DNA from: Planctomycetota bacterium
GTDB lineage: Bacteria > Planctomycetota > PLA2 > JAEUHO01
DNA length: 64,000 nt
Assembly (NCBI GenBank): GCA_965223505.1
Contig: CBDCWP010000039.1
Coordinates: forward strand, 288,001-352,000
Direction: 5' to 3'
Shown: piece after piece, positions 53,552 through 63,234 of the stretch
Position numbering within the stretch: the stretch's first letter is position 1
Layout: each line of letters starts with the position of its first letter
Made by a program: the position numbers and the translations under genes
The notes under the pieces: generated by a model
What the model was told of the DNA's origin: nothing
The model's input: only the letters and a program-made list of their open reading frames with translations
The model's database searches: none

Positions 53552-53850
53552 TGCCGACCTACGACTACGAGTGCTCCGGCTGCGGACATCACTTCGAGCA
53601 TTTCCAGAGCATGTCGAGTCGCAAGCTGCGCAAGTGCCCGTCGTGCGAGAAGCCGAAGCTGGTTCGCCTCATGGGTTCCGGATCCGGCGTCATCTTCAAG
53701 GGCTCGGGGTTCTACGAGACGGACTACAAGCGCTCGTCGACGCCGTCGTCCGATGCGTCGAAGGACGGCGAGAAGAGCGCGTCGAAGGACAGCGCCTCGG
53801 AGACCAAGTCCGAACCCGCGTCCGACACCACGTCGAGCACGGACGATTGA
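53551..53850 (+). CDS. FmdB-family zinc-ribbon protein
   Basis: MPTYDYECSGCG...CPSC...FKGSGFYETDY. Confidence 0.92.
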   Translation: MPTYDYECSGCGHHFEHFQSMSSRKLRKCPSCEKPKLVRLMGSGSGVIFKGSGFYETDYKRSSTPSSDASKDGEKSASKDSASETKSEPASDTTSSTDD

Positions 53851-54071
53851 GCGACGCGGCGTCCCAGGCCGCGAAGTGCCCGACCTGCGACGGGGAGGTC
53901 GCGGCGGACAGCGTTGCGGCGCCCTTTTGCTCCGATCGCTGCAAGTGGGTGGACCTCGGCCGGTGGCTTCGGGGAGACTATGTGATTCCCGCGGAGGACG
54001 CGGTCGACTTCGGCGACGAGGTCGTGCCGCCCGAGTCCGAAGCCGTCGGAGGCGACCCTGACCACGATTGA
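53847..54071 (+). CDS. yacG: DNA gyrase inhibitor YacG
   Basis: CPTC...PFCSDRCKWVDLGRW...Y.IP; TTG start overlaps the upstream TGA. Confidence 0.9.
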   Translation: MSDAASQAAKCPTCDGEVAADSVAAPFCSDRCKWVDLGRWLRGDYVIPAEDAVDFGDEVVPPESEAVGGDPDHD

Positions 54072-55155
54072 CCTTTGGCACCGAGCCGGCCGCGCCGCGG
54101 GCGACGACCGCAAGCGCTTTCTAGCGTTGCAGGGCGTCCTCTGGTCGGTGCCGGTCCTCGTGCTCGGCGCCTTCGCGACGCATGCGGTCACGGTCGGGTT
54201 CGCCGCCGCGATCGACGGCTTGAAGCAGCCGTACGAGCTCGTGGTCGCGCCCTTGCGCGGCGCCTACGAAGCCGACGCCGATCTCGCGCTGTTCGGCTAC
54301 GTGCTGTGGCAGAGCTTCCTGTTGTGTCTCCTGTGGGGCTACTTCGGCGGGGCGCTCGCCCGTCTCGCCGCGGTGGATCTCGCGTTGGGCCGCAAGGAGG
54401 AGGGCGCGGCGGCCGCCGAGTTCGCGCGGCGCCACTGGCGCGGCAACGTCGGCGCGCGGCTTGCGATCTGGGCGGCGATCCTGATGCCGCTCGTCGCCGC
54501 GACGGTCGTCGCGCTCGCCGGCCGCATCGGGGGGCCGATCGGCGCGGCCCTCCTGGCGGCGGCGGTCGTCGTGGCCGCCGGGCTCGCGCTGTTGGCCGTC
54601 GTCCTCGGCAGCGTCTACGTGTTGGCGGGCTTCCTCACCGGGCCGACGGTCGCGTGCGAGGACTCGGACGCGTTCGACGCCGTGAGCCGCACGTTCAGCT
54701 ACGCAGGCGCGGGCTTGCCGCGGCTCGTGTGGTTGCGATTGATGTTCCTGGGCGGCGTGCTGCTCGGCGTCGGTTGGCGCCTCGCGCGGACCGTGCTGAT
54801 CATCGCGTTGACCCTCGTTTGTCTGCGCGTCGGCGCGGGCGCGGAGCGCATCGAGCGCGCGACGGCCATCCTCGGCGCGATGGGAGCGCCGCACGACGCG
54901 GATCGTCTCGGCATCGGCGCGATGGACTACGTCGTCGCGTTGACCATGGTGCTGGCGTTCGGCGGGCTCGTCGTGCTGTGGATCGCGGACTGGGTCTCGC
55001 GCGTCGCTTGCGCGCGCGTCGCCGTGTATCTGCTGCTTCGGCGCGACACGGATCACGTGCCTGCCGATCAGCTGCGCACGCCGCCGCGCGCCACGGGTCA
55101 TCAAGGTCCGGAGGAAGCGGGCTTCGTCGAGGTGGCGCGCGTCGCGGATGAGTGA
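54058..55155 (+). CDS. Multi-pass membrane protein (start uncertain: CTG 54058 or TTG 54127)
   Basis: Many TM segments; EDSDAFDAVSRTFSY. Confidence 0.75.
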   Translation: MTTIDLWHRAGRAAGDDRKRFLALQGVLWSVPVLVLGAFATHAVTVGFAAAIDGLKQPYELVVAPLRGAYEADADLALFGYVLWQSFLLCLLWGYFGGALARLAAVDLALGRKEEGAAAAEFARRHWRGNVGARLAIWAAILMPLVAATVVALAGRIGGPIGAALLAAAVVVAAGLALLAVVLGSVYVLAGFLTGPTVACEDSDAFDAVSRTFSYAGAGLPRLVWLRLMFLGGVLLGVGWRLARTVLIIALTLVCLRVGAGAERIERATAILGAMGAPHDADRLGIGAMDYVVALTMVLAFGGLVVLWIADWVSRVACARVAVYLLLRRDTDHVPADQLRTPPRATGHQGPEEAGFVEVARVADE

Positions 55156-55912
55156 AGCGCGCGTTCCGGTGCTGGAGGTCTTCTCGACGTTCCAGGGCGA
55201 GGGCCCGTTCGTCGGCGAGCGCCAGATCTTCGTGCGGCTCGCGAAGTGCGACCTGCGCTGCGCGTTTTGCGACACGCCCGAGTCGTATCCGACGCCGCTC
55301 ACGGCGCGTTTCCAGATCGAGCCGGGCGGTGAGCGCGACGAACACGTCGAGAATCCCGTCGCGATCGACGAGCTGATTCGGTTGGTGTTGCGCCTCGACC
55401 GGCCCGCGGGCGTGCACGCGGGCATCTCGATCACGGGCGGCGAGCCGCTCCTGCATCCCCACGCCGTGCATACGCTCGGCGAGGCGGCGCGCGAGCGGGA
55501 CCTTCGCGTACACGTCGAGACCGGAGGGCACAAGCCGGGCGCCGTGAAGCACGTCCTGCCGGTCGTCGATTGGGTCTCGCCCGACTTCAAGCTCGAAAGC
55601 GCGACCGGCGCGCCGACGCCGTGGGGCGCGCACCGGGAGACGTATCAGCTGCTGGAGCACTTCGGGAAGGGGCTCGCCATCAAGATGGTCGTCGGCGCCG
55701 CCGCGGTCGCGGAAGAGGTCGAACGCGCGGCGCGGTTCTGCGCCGAGAACGCGCCGTCGATTCCGCTCGTGCTGCAGCCCGCAACGCCCTACGGCGACGG
55801 ACCGGCTGCGCCCACGCCGTCTCAGCTCTTCGCGCTGCACACCCGCGCCGCGCTGCATCACCGCGACGTACGGGTCATCCCCCAGGTGCACCGACTCCTG
55901 GGACTGCGGTAG
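55148..55912 (+). CDS. queE: 7-carboxy-7-deazaguanine synthase (radical SAM)
   Basis: EVFSTFQGEG, FVRL..CDLRCAFCDT, TGGEPL, ETGG, RVIPQVH. Confidence 0.88.
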   Translation: MSEARVPVLEVFSTFQGEGPFVGERQIFVRLAKCDLRCAFCDTPESYPTPLTARFQIEPGGERDEHVENPVAIDELIRLVLRLDRPAGVHAGISITGGEPLLHPHAVHTLGEAARERDLRVHVETGGHKPGAVKHVLPVVDWVSPDFKLESATGAPTPWGAHRETYQLLEHFGKGLAIKMVVGAAAVAEEVERAARFCAENAPSIPLVLQPATPYGDGPAAPTPSQLFALHTRAALHHRDVRVIPQVHRLLGLR

Positions 55913-55977
55913 CCTAGACGCGTACGAGAGGCCGGATCCCCGCCGGCGCGAGCAAACGCCCCCGGAGGGTCGGAGCG

Positions 55978-57225
55978 ATGAAGAACGTCGTCATCTGTGC
56001 TGTGTCGTGGTTGTTGACGGTCGGCGCCGCGTACTGGGTGGGATCGGAATACGCGTCCAAGGGCGAAGGCAACGACACCGTCGCCGACACGGGGGATCTC
56101 GCGGAGCTGCGCGCCGAGAACGACCGGCTGCGCGAGGCGCTGAACCGGCCGGTGCTGGAGTCGAACGTTCCGGCGACCGAGCTCACCGGCCTCCAGGGTG
56201 GATCGTCGCCCGCCATCGACCTGACCGGCAAGGACATCGAGCCGACGCCGACGTTCACGCTCGAAGGCGTCGAGACCGTCGAAGACGCGAGCAACCGGCT
56301 GATGGCGTACCTGGCCGCGATGCTGCAGCAGGGCGAGAAGGGGCACCTGGCCGTGCTGAAGACGTGGCACGACCTCTTCGAGGGCGACGAGCTGAAGAGC
56401 CTCGTCGAGGGCGCGGACGAAGAGTCGTTGATCGCCAATCACATGTACGACTGGATCCGCTTCGCTGTGCGCAACGACCGCTACGTCGTGGACCTCGAAG
56501 AGACGTACTTCAAGACGATGGCGACGAACCCGAAGTGGTTCGAGGGCATGGACGACGACCCCTTCGAGATGTTCAGCGAGGGCATCGCCTACATGTTGCC
56601 GAGCATGACGACGAAGGAGCGGATGGAGCGGTTCAAGAGCTACGCCACGACGATCCTCGAGACGCCGGAGGAGCGGCAGCCGAAGGCCGTACAGCGTGCG
56701 CGTCGCGACATCCAGCGCCTGATGCGCGTCTGGGTCGGCCCGATCTCGCCCGAAGACGCGCTCGCGAAGCTGATGTCGGGTGAATACAACCCGTCCGAGG
56801 TCGGCATGCTGCTCGGCCGCGTGCGGCCGGAGGACGTGACGAAGCTCGACATGACCAAGTTCATCGGGCCGATCCTGGAGAACCACGACTGGCGCGCGAT
56901 GCAGTCGCTTCGGCGGATGGAGCTCGACGCGCGCACGCTCGACGCGATGGACCGCCAGGCCATTCAGTCGGCCTCGGGCGGCAAGTTGCGCGAATGGACC
57001 CTGCGGCAGTACCTCGAGGTGACGCGGCGGGGCAAGTGGGAAGATGCGCGCAGCTTCATGGAGTCGGGTTGGGAAGCGGGCGGCAAGGCGACGGACGTGT
57101 TCGCGTCGTTGACGATGCAGCTGCGCGAGCGCCCGTCGAGTGACTGGGTGCAGTACATGCTCGAGCGGCATCAGGTGAGCGATCACATCGTGCGGGGTCT
57201 GAAGCAACGCTTCAAATTGAAGTAG
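55978..57225 (+). CDS. Hypothetical membrane-anchored protein
   Basis: GGAG SD, N-terminal TM plus coiled coil, strong GC3 bias. Confidence 0.8.
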   Translation: MKNVVICAVSWLLTVGAAYWVGSEYASKGEGNDTVADTGDLAELRAENDRLREALNRPVLESNVPATELTGLQGGSSPAIDLTGKDIEPTPTFTLEGVETVEDASNRLMAYLAAMLQQGEKGHLAVLKTWHDLFEGDELKSLVEGADEESLIANHMYDWIRFAVRNDRYVVDLEETYFKTMATNPKWFEGMDDDPFEMFSEGIAYMLPSMTTKERMERFKSYATTILETPEERQPKAVQRARRDIQRLMRVWVGPISPEDALAKLMSGEYNPSEVGMLLGRVRPEDVTKLDMTKFIGPILENHDWRAMQSLRRMELDARTLDAMDRQAIQSASGGKLREWTLRQYLEVTRRGKWEDARSFMESGWEAGGKATDVFASLTMQLRERPSSDWVQYMLERHQVSDHIVRGLKQRFKLK

Positions 57226-57337
57226 AGACGACGGCGGGATCGAACGCGGGGCACGGCGCTGCGGGTGCCACCGAGGTGTCGTGCACGCGCTCGCGCACGA
57301 CGGGCCGGATGAGTCGCATCCGGCTACCCTGACCGGG

Positions 57338-58714
57338 ATGTCCGCCGAAACCGGCCCCGACTGCGAAACCGCCGCCGAACGCCCGCCCGTCGTGGCGATC
57401 GTGGGCCGGCCGAACGTCGGCAAGTCCACGCTGTTGAACGCGCTCGCCCGCAGCCGCATCGCGATCGTCGAGATGACCCCGGGCGTCACCCGCGACCGCG
57501 TCGGCGTGCTGTGCACCGTCGCCGAGAAGACCGTCGAGCTCGTCGACACCGGCGGCGTCGGCATCGTGGACGCCCAGGGCCTCGACGAGCACGTCGAAGC
57601 GCAGATCAATTCCGCGGTCGAGCAAGCCGCCGCGATCCTCTTCGTCGTCGACGCCCGCGACGGGCCGATGATGCTCGACGAGCGCGTCGCCAACCTGCTG
57701 CGCCGCTTCGCGGATCGCGTCATCCTCGTCGCCAACAAGGTCGAGTCCGACAAGATCGGTTGGAGCGTGGCGGAGTTCACCGCGTACGGCTACGGCGAGC
57801 CCGTGGCGATCTCGGCCAAGGAGGGCTACCACCTCGACGACCTCGAGGCGCGCATCGACCCTCTCCTGCCCGAAACCGCCCAGATCCTCACCCGGCCTGC
57901 GCCACCGGATCTCAAGCTCGCGCTCGTCGGACGCGTGAACGCAGGGAAGAGCACGTTCGTCAACAAGCTGCTCAACGACGAGCGCATGATCGTCAGCGAG
58001 ATCCCGGGCACGACGCGCGACTCGGTCGACCTGCGCTTCGAGCGCGACGGCAAATCGTTCGTGGTCATCGACACGGCCGGCATCCGCAAGGAGAAGTCGG
58101 TGCAGGGGTCGGTGGAGTTCTACGCGCAGCGGCGCGCGGAGAAAGCGATGCGGCGCGCGGACGTCACCGCGCTGTTGCTGGATGCGACCATCGACACCGG
58201 CCGCCTCGACCGCCAGATCGCCGACTACGCGCTGCGCCATCACCAGCCGATGATCATCGTCTGCAACAAGTGGGATCTGCGGCCGCGCGGCATGAAGCCC
58301 AAGGACTTCTCGGCGTACCTCGAGAAGACGTTGCCGGGCTTGCGTTTCGCGCCGGTGGTGTTCACGTCGGCGTTGACCGGACACAACGTGGAGCAGGTCG
58401 TCGACATCGCGATCGACCTGGCGGAGCAGTCGCGCCATCGCGTGTCGACGGCCGAGGTCAACCGGGTGTTGGAGGAGGCGTACGCGCGCCGCAAGCCGCG
58501 GCCGCGCCAAGGCCGCATCGGCAAGCTGTACTACGGCAGCCAGGTGGACGTCTCGCCGCCGACGTTCCTCTTGTTCGTGAACGAGCGCTATCTGTTCCAG
58601 CCGGCGTACATCCGCTACCTCGAGAACCGTTTCCGCGACGCGCTGCCGTTTCCGGAGATTCCGTTGCACATCGTGCTCAAGGAACGGGAGCGGTCTCCTT
58701 CGAAGAACCAGTGA
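57338..58714 (+). CDS. der: Ribosome biogenesis GTPase Der (EngA)
   Basis: Two G domains (GRPNVGKS/DTGG; GRVNAGKS/DTAG/NKWD) plus KH-like C-terminus (Y.RYLEN). Confidence 0.96.
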   Translation: MSAETGPDCETAAERPPVVAIVGRPNVGKSTLLNALARSRIAIVEMTPGVTRDRVGVLCTVAEKTVELVDTGGVGIVDAQGLDEHVEAQINSAVEQAAAILFVVDARDGPMMLDERVANLLRRFADRVILVANKVESDKIGWSVAEFTAYGYGEPVAISAKEGYHLDDLEARIDPLLPETAQILTRPAPPDLKLALVGRVNAGKSTFVNKLLNDERMIVSEIPGTTRDSVDLRFERDGKSFVVIDTAGIRKEKSVQGSVEFYAQRRAEKAMRRADVTALLLDATIDTGRLDRQIADYALRHHQPMIIVCNKWDLRPRGMKPKDFSAYLEKTLPGLRFAPVVFTSALTGHNVEQVVDIAIDLAEQSRHRVSTAEVNRVLEEAYARRKPRPRQGRIGKLYYGSQVDVSPPTFLLFVNERYLFQPAYIRYLENRFRDALPFPEIPLHIVLKERERSPSKNQ

Positions 58715-58729
58715 CGACGGGGACGGGCC

Positions 58730-58992
58730 GTGGGGGCGGGGCTCGACCCCGCCCGCGCCCAACCGGCTGCGATTGGGCCTCATTGGCGTGTCGTGCACGA
58801 TCACGTGCACGTTCAGGTGCGCGTGTGACAAGGTGATCAAGACGGTACTGCCGGATCGATCGATCTCTCGCACTCGCGAAGGCTCGCATCCTCGCTTCCG
58901 ACGGGGTGCGGATGCTTCGAGTCCATCGATCGGCCTCGTCGTCCCACGTGGACGTGCACCTGGACGTGATCGTGGTCGACACCAGGATCAGG
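58730..58992. repeat. Degenerate family-2 REP (58730-58754) and GTGCAC/GTGATC-type repeats (~58788-58825, ~58940-58992)
   Basis: GTGTCGTGCACGATCACGTGC shared with ~13929-13949; CGACACCAGGATCAG is the reverse complement of 13920-13934. Confidence 0.7.
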
Positions 58993-59099
58993 GAACGATT
59001 CGTGAGGAGCTCGTCGTCGCCGTCGAGCACGCGTTCGAACCGCCATCCGGACGCGCGGAAGACCCCGCCCCTCCATCCGTTGCGTACGATGCCCCGCCG

Positions 59100-60554
59100 A
59101 TGAAGCTCGCCTCCGCCCTCGTCCTGTGCTTTCTGAGCTGCGCCTGCGGTCCCGAAGAAGCGGCGCCGCGCGACGCCGCGCCGCAAGGCACATGGGTCGA
59201 GATCGACGAGGACGAGCCCATCGAGCTCACGGGGAATCCCACGGCCCCGGGCGACGCCATCCTCACGCCGCCGCGCGGTCGTTGGTTGTTCACGCGCGAG
59301 GTCGTCGACGGCGCCGAGTTCTACCTGCGCTACGAGGATCCTGGCACGGTGCTCATGCAGGCGCAGGTCTTCGAGGTGCAGGGACCGCGCGATCCCACAC
59401 CGGTGCTCAAACAAGCGGTCGACCGCTTGCACCGGTTGCGCAACATCGACGGCGTCGGCTGGGGCGCCGGCAAGGTGCTCGACATCTGGGGCCGTCCCGC
59501 CGCCGAGCGCAGCTTCCAGAGCGCCTCGGCAGGGCAGCGACGCGCGGGTTTCGCGCGACTCCTGCTCATGACCGATCACAAGTGGGCGTTCGCGTGGTGC
59601 GACTTTCCGGGCGACGCCGACGAGGCGATGCGCGAGACCGCCTACGCGTTCGTGCGCTCGCTCGAGCCCAAGGAACCCGCGTTCTACACGCCGGCCTTCC
59701 GCGCCCTCGCGCGCCTGAACGGCCGCGTGACCGCGGTGGCCGGCGAAGAGCCGGTGCTCGGCCGCCACGTCGCGGCCGTCCAGCTCTGCCTCGAAGCGAC
59801 CGTCGGGGTGCGCGCGCCGCTGAGCGAGCGCACCAAGATGTTCGACGCCGTCGTGACCGGGTTGCACAACGACACGGTCGAGACGCGCAAGGGCTTCCGC
59901 GAGTCCGGTGAACGCGTCCGCGAGTGGATGGCGCTCGACCTCGAGGAGCGGCTTCCGAACTTGGAAGCGCTGGGCGCGCAGGTGATGAAGGGCCTGGTCG
60001 CCCGCGCCGAGAAGGGCGACATCGCCGCCGCGCAGGTGCTGCTGACCTTGAACGGTGCGGGCGCCTTCCCGATCGGCGACCGGGCCGACGGTCTCTCGCA
60101 GTTCCATCTCGACGGCTGGATCGAGATGTGCGCGTTCCTCGTTTCCATCGCACGCGACGAGAAGGTCGTGCTGACGGACGAGCACCGCGCGCGGATGCGG
60201 AAGGCGCTGCACGCGCGCTGGGAGACGTCGCTCGATCGCGAGAGGGTCGAGCTTCGTAGCACCGACCGCCAGTGGGCGGCGCTGCGCCGTGCCTGGGACC
60301 TCGCCGACGGTCCGCAGCGGCCGCGCGCGCACTTTCGGCGCCTGGTCGCCGAGTACCTCGCGCCCGACCCCGCCAAGGGCGACGTCCGCTCGCTGACGAA
60401 CCTGCGCGACCTTAAGAGCTGGATGCTCGATCTGCGCGAGCAGGCGTCGCTGGAGAGCCTGCTCGACCGTGCCGGCGCTTTGCCCGCGGCGGACCGCGCG
60501 GCGCTGTTCGACGCGCTCGGCGTGCCGTCGGACGGTTACCAGCTCGGCTGGTAA
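59100..60554 (+). CDS. Hypothetical lipoprotein
   Basis: MKLASALVLCFLSCAC signal/lipobox; long GC3-biased ORF. Confidence 0.75.
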   Translation: MKLASALVLCFLSCACGPEEAAPRDAAPQGTWVEIDEDEPIELTGNPTAPGDAILTPPRGRWLFTREVVDGAEFYLRYEDPGTVLMQAQVFEVQGPRDPTPVLKQAVDRLHRLRNIDGVGWGAGKVLDIWGRPAAERSFQSASAGQRRAGFARLLLMTDHKWAFAWCDFPGDADEAMRETAYAFVRSLEPKEPAFYTPAFRALARLNGRVTAVAGEEPVLGRHVAAVQLCLEATVGVRAPLSERTKMFDAVVTGLHNDTVETRKGFRESGERVREWMALDLEERLPNLEALGAQVMKGLVARAEKGDIAAAQVLLTLNGAGAFPIGDRADGLSQFHLDGWIEMCAFLVSIARDEKVVLTDEHRARMRKALHARWETSLDRERVELRSTDRQWAALRRAWDLADGPQRPRAHFRRLVAEYLAPDPAKGDVRSLTNLRDLKSWMLDLREQASLESLLDRAGALPAADRAALFDALGVPSDGYQLGW

Positions 60555-60621
60555 GCCCGCTCGCGCCACGCAGGCCCGCGGGCTAGGATCCGCCTCCCCG
60601 CGCCGAACCTGGGAGGACCGC

Positions 60622-62211
60622 ATGCGGCACGCCGCGATCTCCATCTTGCTTCTTCTGCCGTTGCTCGCCGTCGGCGCGTGCAGCTCCGACGAGGAAGGCG
60701 ACGGCTCGCTCAAGGTCGTGCTGAGCCACGGCGCGAACAGCCGGCCGTATCTGCCGTGGCCGCGCGACGTCGCCAAGCAGGTCGCCGGCGACCTCGAAGA
60801 CGTGGGCTTCACGGTCGAGATCCGGCCCGAGCCGTGGAGCGCCTACATCCCGACGGTGACGAACGGGCGCCATCAGCTGGCGCTGCTCGGTTGGTCGCCG
60901 GACCTTCCGGACACCGACAACTACCTCGTTCCGCTCCTGCACTCCGACAGCTCGGAGATCGGCTCGGCCAACAACATCAGCTTCTACCGCAACGAGGCGT
61001 TCGACGCGTTGCTCGACGAGGCGCGCCTGCCGCACACCCGCGAGGAGCGCGCGGCCCTCTACGAGAAGGCGCTGCGCATGGTGTTCCGCGACGTGCCGAT
61101 GGTGCCGCTGATCTACGCCGACCGGCGCATCGCGTTCCGCAAGGGCCTCGCGCCGCTCCAGGTGGAGTGGGTGACGCATCCGCTCATCCGGCGCGTCACC
61201 GAGGCGCCGAGCGACACGCTGGTGTTCCTGCGGGGCGCCGACTCGAACAGCCTCGACCCCGGCGACGTGACGGACGGCGAGAGCAGCAAGGTGATCGAGC
61301 AGGTCTTCGATCGTCTCGTACGCTACGTCCCCGGCACGCAGGACGTCGAACCGGCGCTGGCTACGTCGTGGTCGCAGAGCGACGATCACAAGGTCTGGAC
61401 GTTCCAGATTCGCGAGGGCGTGACGTTCCACGACGGGTCGGCGCTCGACGGGGCCGCCGTCGCGACGACGTTCGAGCGCATGCGCGACCCGAATCACCCG
61501 TATCACTTCCCGGACGGCAAGTGGGACAACTGGAAGGGCAGCTTCCAGCGGCTGATCGGCAAGGTCGAGGTCGGCAGTCATCCGATGGAGGTCGTGTTCC
61601 GCTGCAACCACGCCGCGCCGAGCTTCTTCCTGCACATGCTGGCGATGTTCGGCTGCTCGATCATCTCGCCCGCCGCGCTCGAGAAGCACGGGGCCGACAT
61701 CCGCATCAACCCTGTCGGCACGGGCGCGTTCAAGTTCGTGAAGTGGGACAGCGGCCGCGAGATTCACCTCACGCGCAACGACGACTACTGGGACGGGGCG
61801 CCCAAGCTCAAGGACGTCTACTTCCGCATCTCGCAGGACGCGACGGTGCGCGCCGACCGGTTGATCGCCGGCAGCGGGGCGGATCTGATCGACAACCTCG
61901 GACCCGACACGATTCCGCAGCTCGAACAGACGGAGTCGGTGGTCGTGTCGAAGCTTCCGCAGTCGAGCTTCTGCTACCTCTCGATGAACTGCTTGAAGCC
62001 GCCGTTCGACAATCCCAAGGTGCGCGAGGCCGTGGCCTACGCGCTCAACAAGGAGAACTTGATCAAGCTCGCCTACCGCGGGTACGCGAAGCCCGCGCTC
62101 GTTCCGACGTTGCCGAGCTTCGTGGGCTTCCCGAAGGACCTGGAGGATCGCCCCCACGACCCCGAGAAGGCCAAGGCGCTGCTGCGCGAAGCGGGCTACG
62201 ACGTGAAGTAG
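60622..62211 (+). CDS. ABC transporter substrate-binding lipoprotein, family 5 (DppA/OppA-like), circularly permuted
   Basis: VGAC lipobox; SLDP, EPALATSW, TFHDG, PVGTGAFKF, VREAVAYA, DPEKAKALL; the usual C-terminal motifs sit at the N-terminus. Confidence 0.88.
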   Translation: MRHAAISILLLLPLLAVGACSSDEEGDGSLKVVLSHGANSRPYLPWPRDVAKQVAGDLEDVGFTVEIRPEPWSAYIPTVTNGRHQLALLGWSPDLPDTDNYLVPLLHSDSSEIGSANNISFYRNEAFDALLDEARLPHTREERAALYEKALRMVFRDVPMVPLIYADRRIAFRKGLAPLQVEWVTHPLIRRVTEAPSDTLVFLRGADSNSLDPGDVTDGESSKVIEQVFDRLVRYVPGTQDVEPALATSWSQSDDHKVWTFQIREGVTFHDGSALDGAAVATTFERMRDPNHPYHFPDGKWDNWKGSFQRLIGKVEVGSHPMEVVFRCNHAAPSFFLHMLAMFGCSIISPAALEKHGADIRINPVGTGAFKFVKWDSGREIHLTRNDDYWDGAPKLKDVYFRISQDATVRADRLIAGSGADLIDNLGPDTIPQLEQTESVVVSKLPQSSFCYLSMNCLKPPFDNPKVREAVAYALNKENLIKLAYRGYAKPALVPTLPSFVGFPKDLEDRPHDPEKAKALLREAGYDVK

Positions 62212-62217
62212 CCAGGC

Positions 62218-63234
62218 ATGCTCGTCTTCCTCGTTCGCCGGATTCTGATCGCGATTCCGCTCCTGGTCGCGGCGTCGCTGATCGTCTTTCTGGTCGTCTC
62301 GGCGTTTCCCGGCGACCCGTGCGCGGAGCAGGTCAAGTACAAGACCAAAGAGGCCATGGCGGCCTGCCGCAGCTCGCTCAACCTCGACGGGCCGCTGCAC
62401 GAGCGCTACGCGCGCTACATCACCCGCGCGGCGCAGCTCGACTTCGGGCACGACGTCTACAACGACCGGCTGCAGGTCGGCGACGAGCTGAAGAAGCGGT
62501 TCCCCGCGACGGCCGAGCTGGCCATCGTCGCGCTCGTGATCGCGTACTTGATCGGCACGTGGGTCGGGACGCGCTCCGCGCGGCGGCCCGGCACCTGGAT
62601 CGACGCGTTGGGACAGATCCTCAGCCTCGGAGGCATCTCGATCCCGGTCTTCTGGCTCGGCATGATCCTGATCGCGGTCTTCGGCGTGAAGCTCGGGTGG
62701 TTGCCGTTCGAGGGTTGGAGCGACACGGCCATTGCCGGGGAGGACTACTACCGGACACGCTGGTGGCTGTTCGAGCCGCTGTTCCGCTTGGACTTCGGAA
62801 CGTTCTTCACGGCCCTGTCGCACATCACGATGCCGGCCATCGCGCTCTCGACGATCCCGTTGGCGACGATCACACGCATGACGCGCTCGTCGATGCTCGA
62901 GGAGCTCGGCAAGGACTACGTGACCACCGCCCGCGCGAAGGGCCTCTCGGAGCGGCGCGTCGTGAAGAAGCACGTGTGGCGCAATGCGCTGATCCCGATC
63001 ATCACGATCACGGGCCTGCAGCTCGGAACGCTCCTGTCGGGCGCCGTATTGACCGAGCGCGTGTTCAGCTGGCCGGGCCTCGGCACCTACATGATCGACG
63101 CGGCCCTGCGAGTGAACCACTCCGTCCTCATGGGCTGCATGTTGCTCTTCGTCGTGACGTTCGTCGTCGTGAACCTCGTCGTGGACCTGCTCTACGGCGT
63201 CATCGATCCTCGCATCAGGCACTCGAGAGGATGA
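62218..63234 (+). CDS. Peptide ABC transporter permease (DppB/OppB)
   Basis: PGDP, RFPATAEL, SIPVFWLG, TRSSMLE...DYVTTARAKGL, VDLLYGVIDPRIR. Confidence 0.95.
   Translation: MLVFLVRRILIAIPLLVAASLIVFLVVSAFPGDPCAEQVKYKTKEAMAACRSSLNLDGPLHERYARYITRAAQLDFGHDVYNDRLQVGDELKKRFPATAELAIVALVIAYLIGTWVGTRSARRPGTWIDALGQILSLGGISIPVFWLGMILIAVFGVKLGWLPFEGWSDTAIAGEDYYRTRWWLFEPLFRLDFGTFFTALSHITMPAIALSTIPLATITRMTRSSMLEELGKDYVTTARAKGLSERRVVKKHVWRNALIPIITITGLQLGTLLSGAVLTERVFSWPGLGTYMIDAALRVNHSVLMGCMLLFVVTFVVVNLVVDLLYGVIDPRIRHSRG

Noticed and set aside
55148..55912. queE as part of a 7-deazaguanine DNA-modification (dpd) cluster
   Set aside because: No dpdA, queC, queD or folE nearby; housekeeping context.
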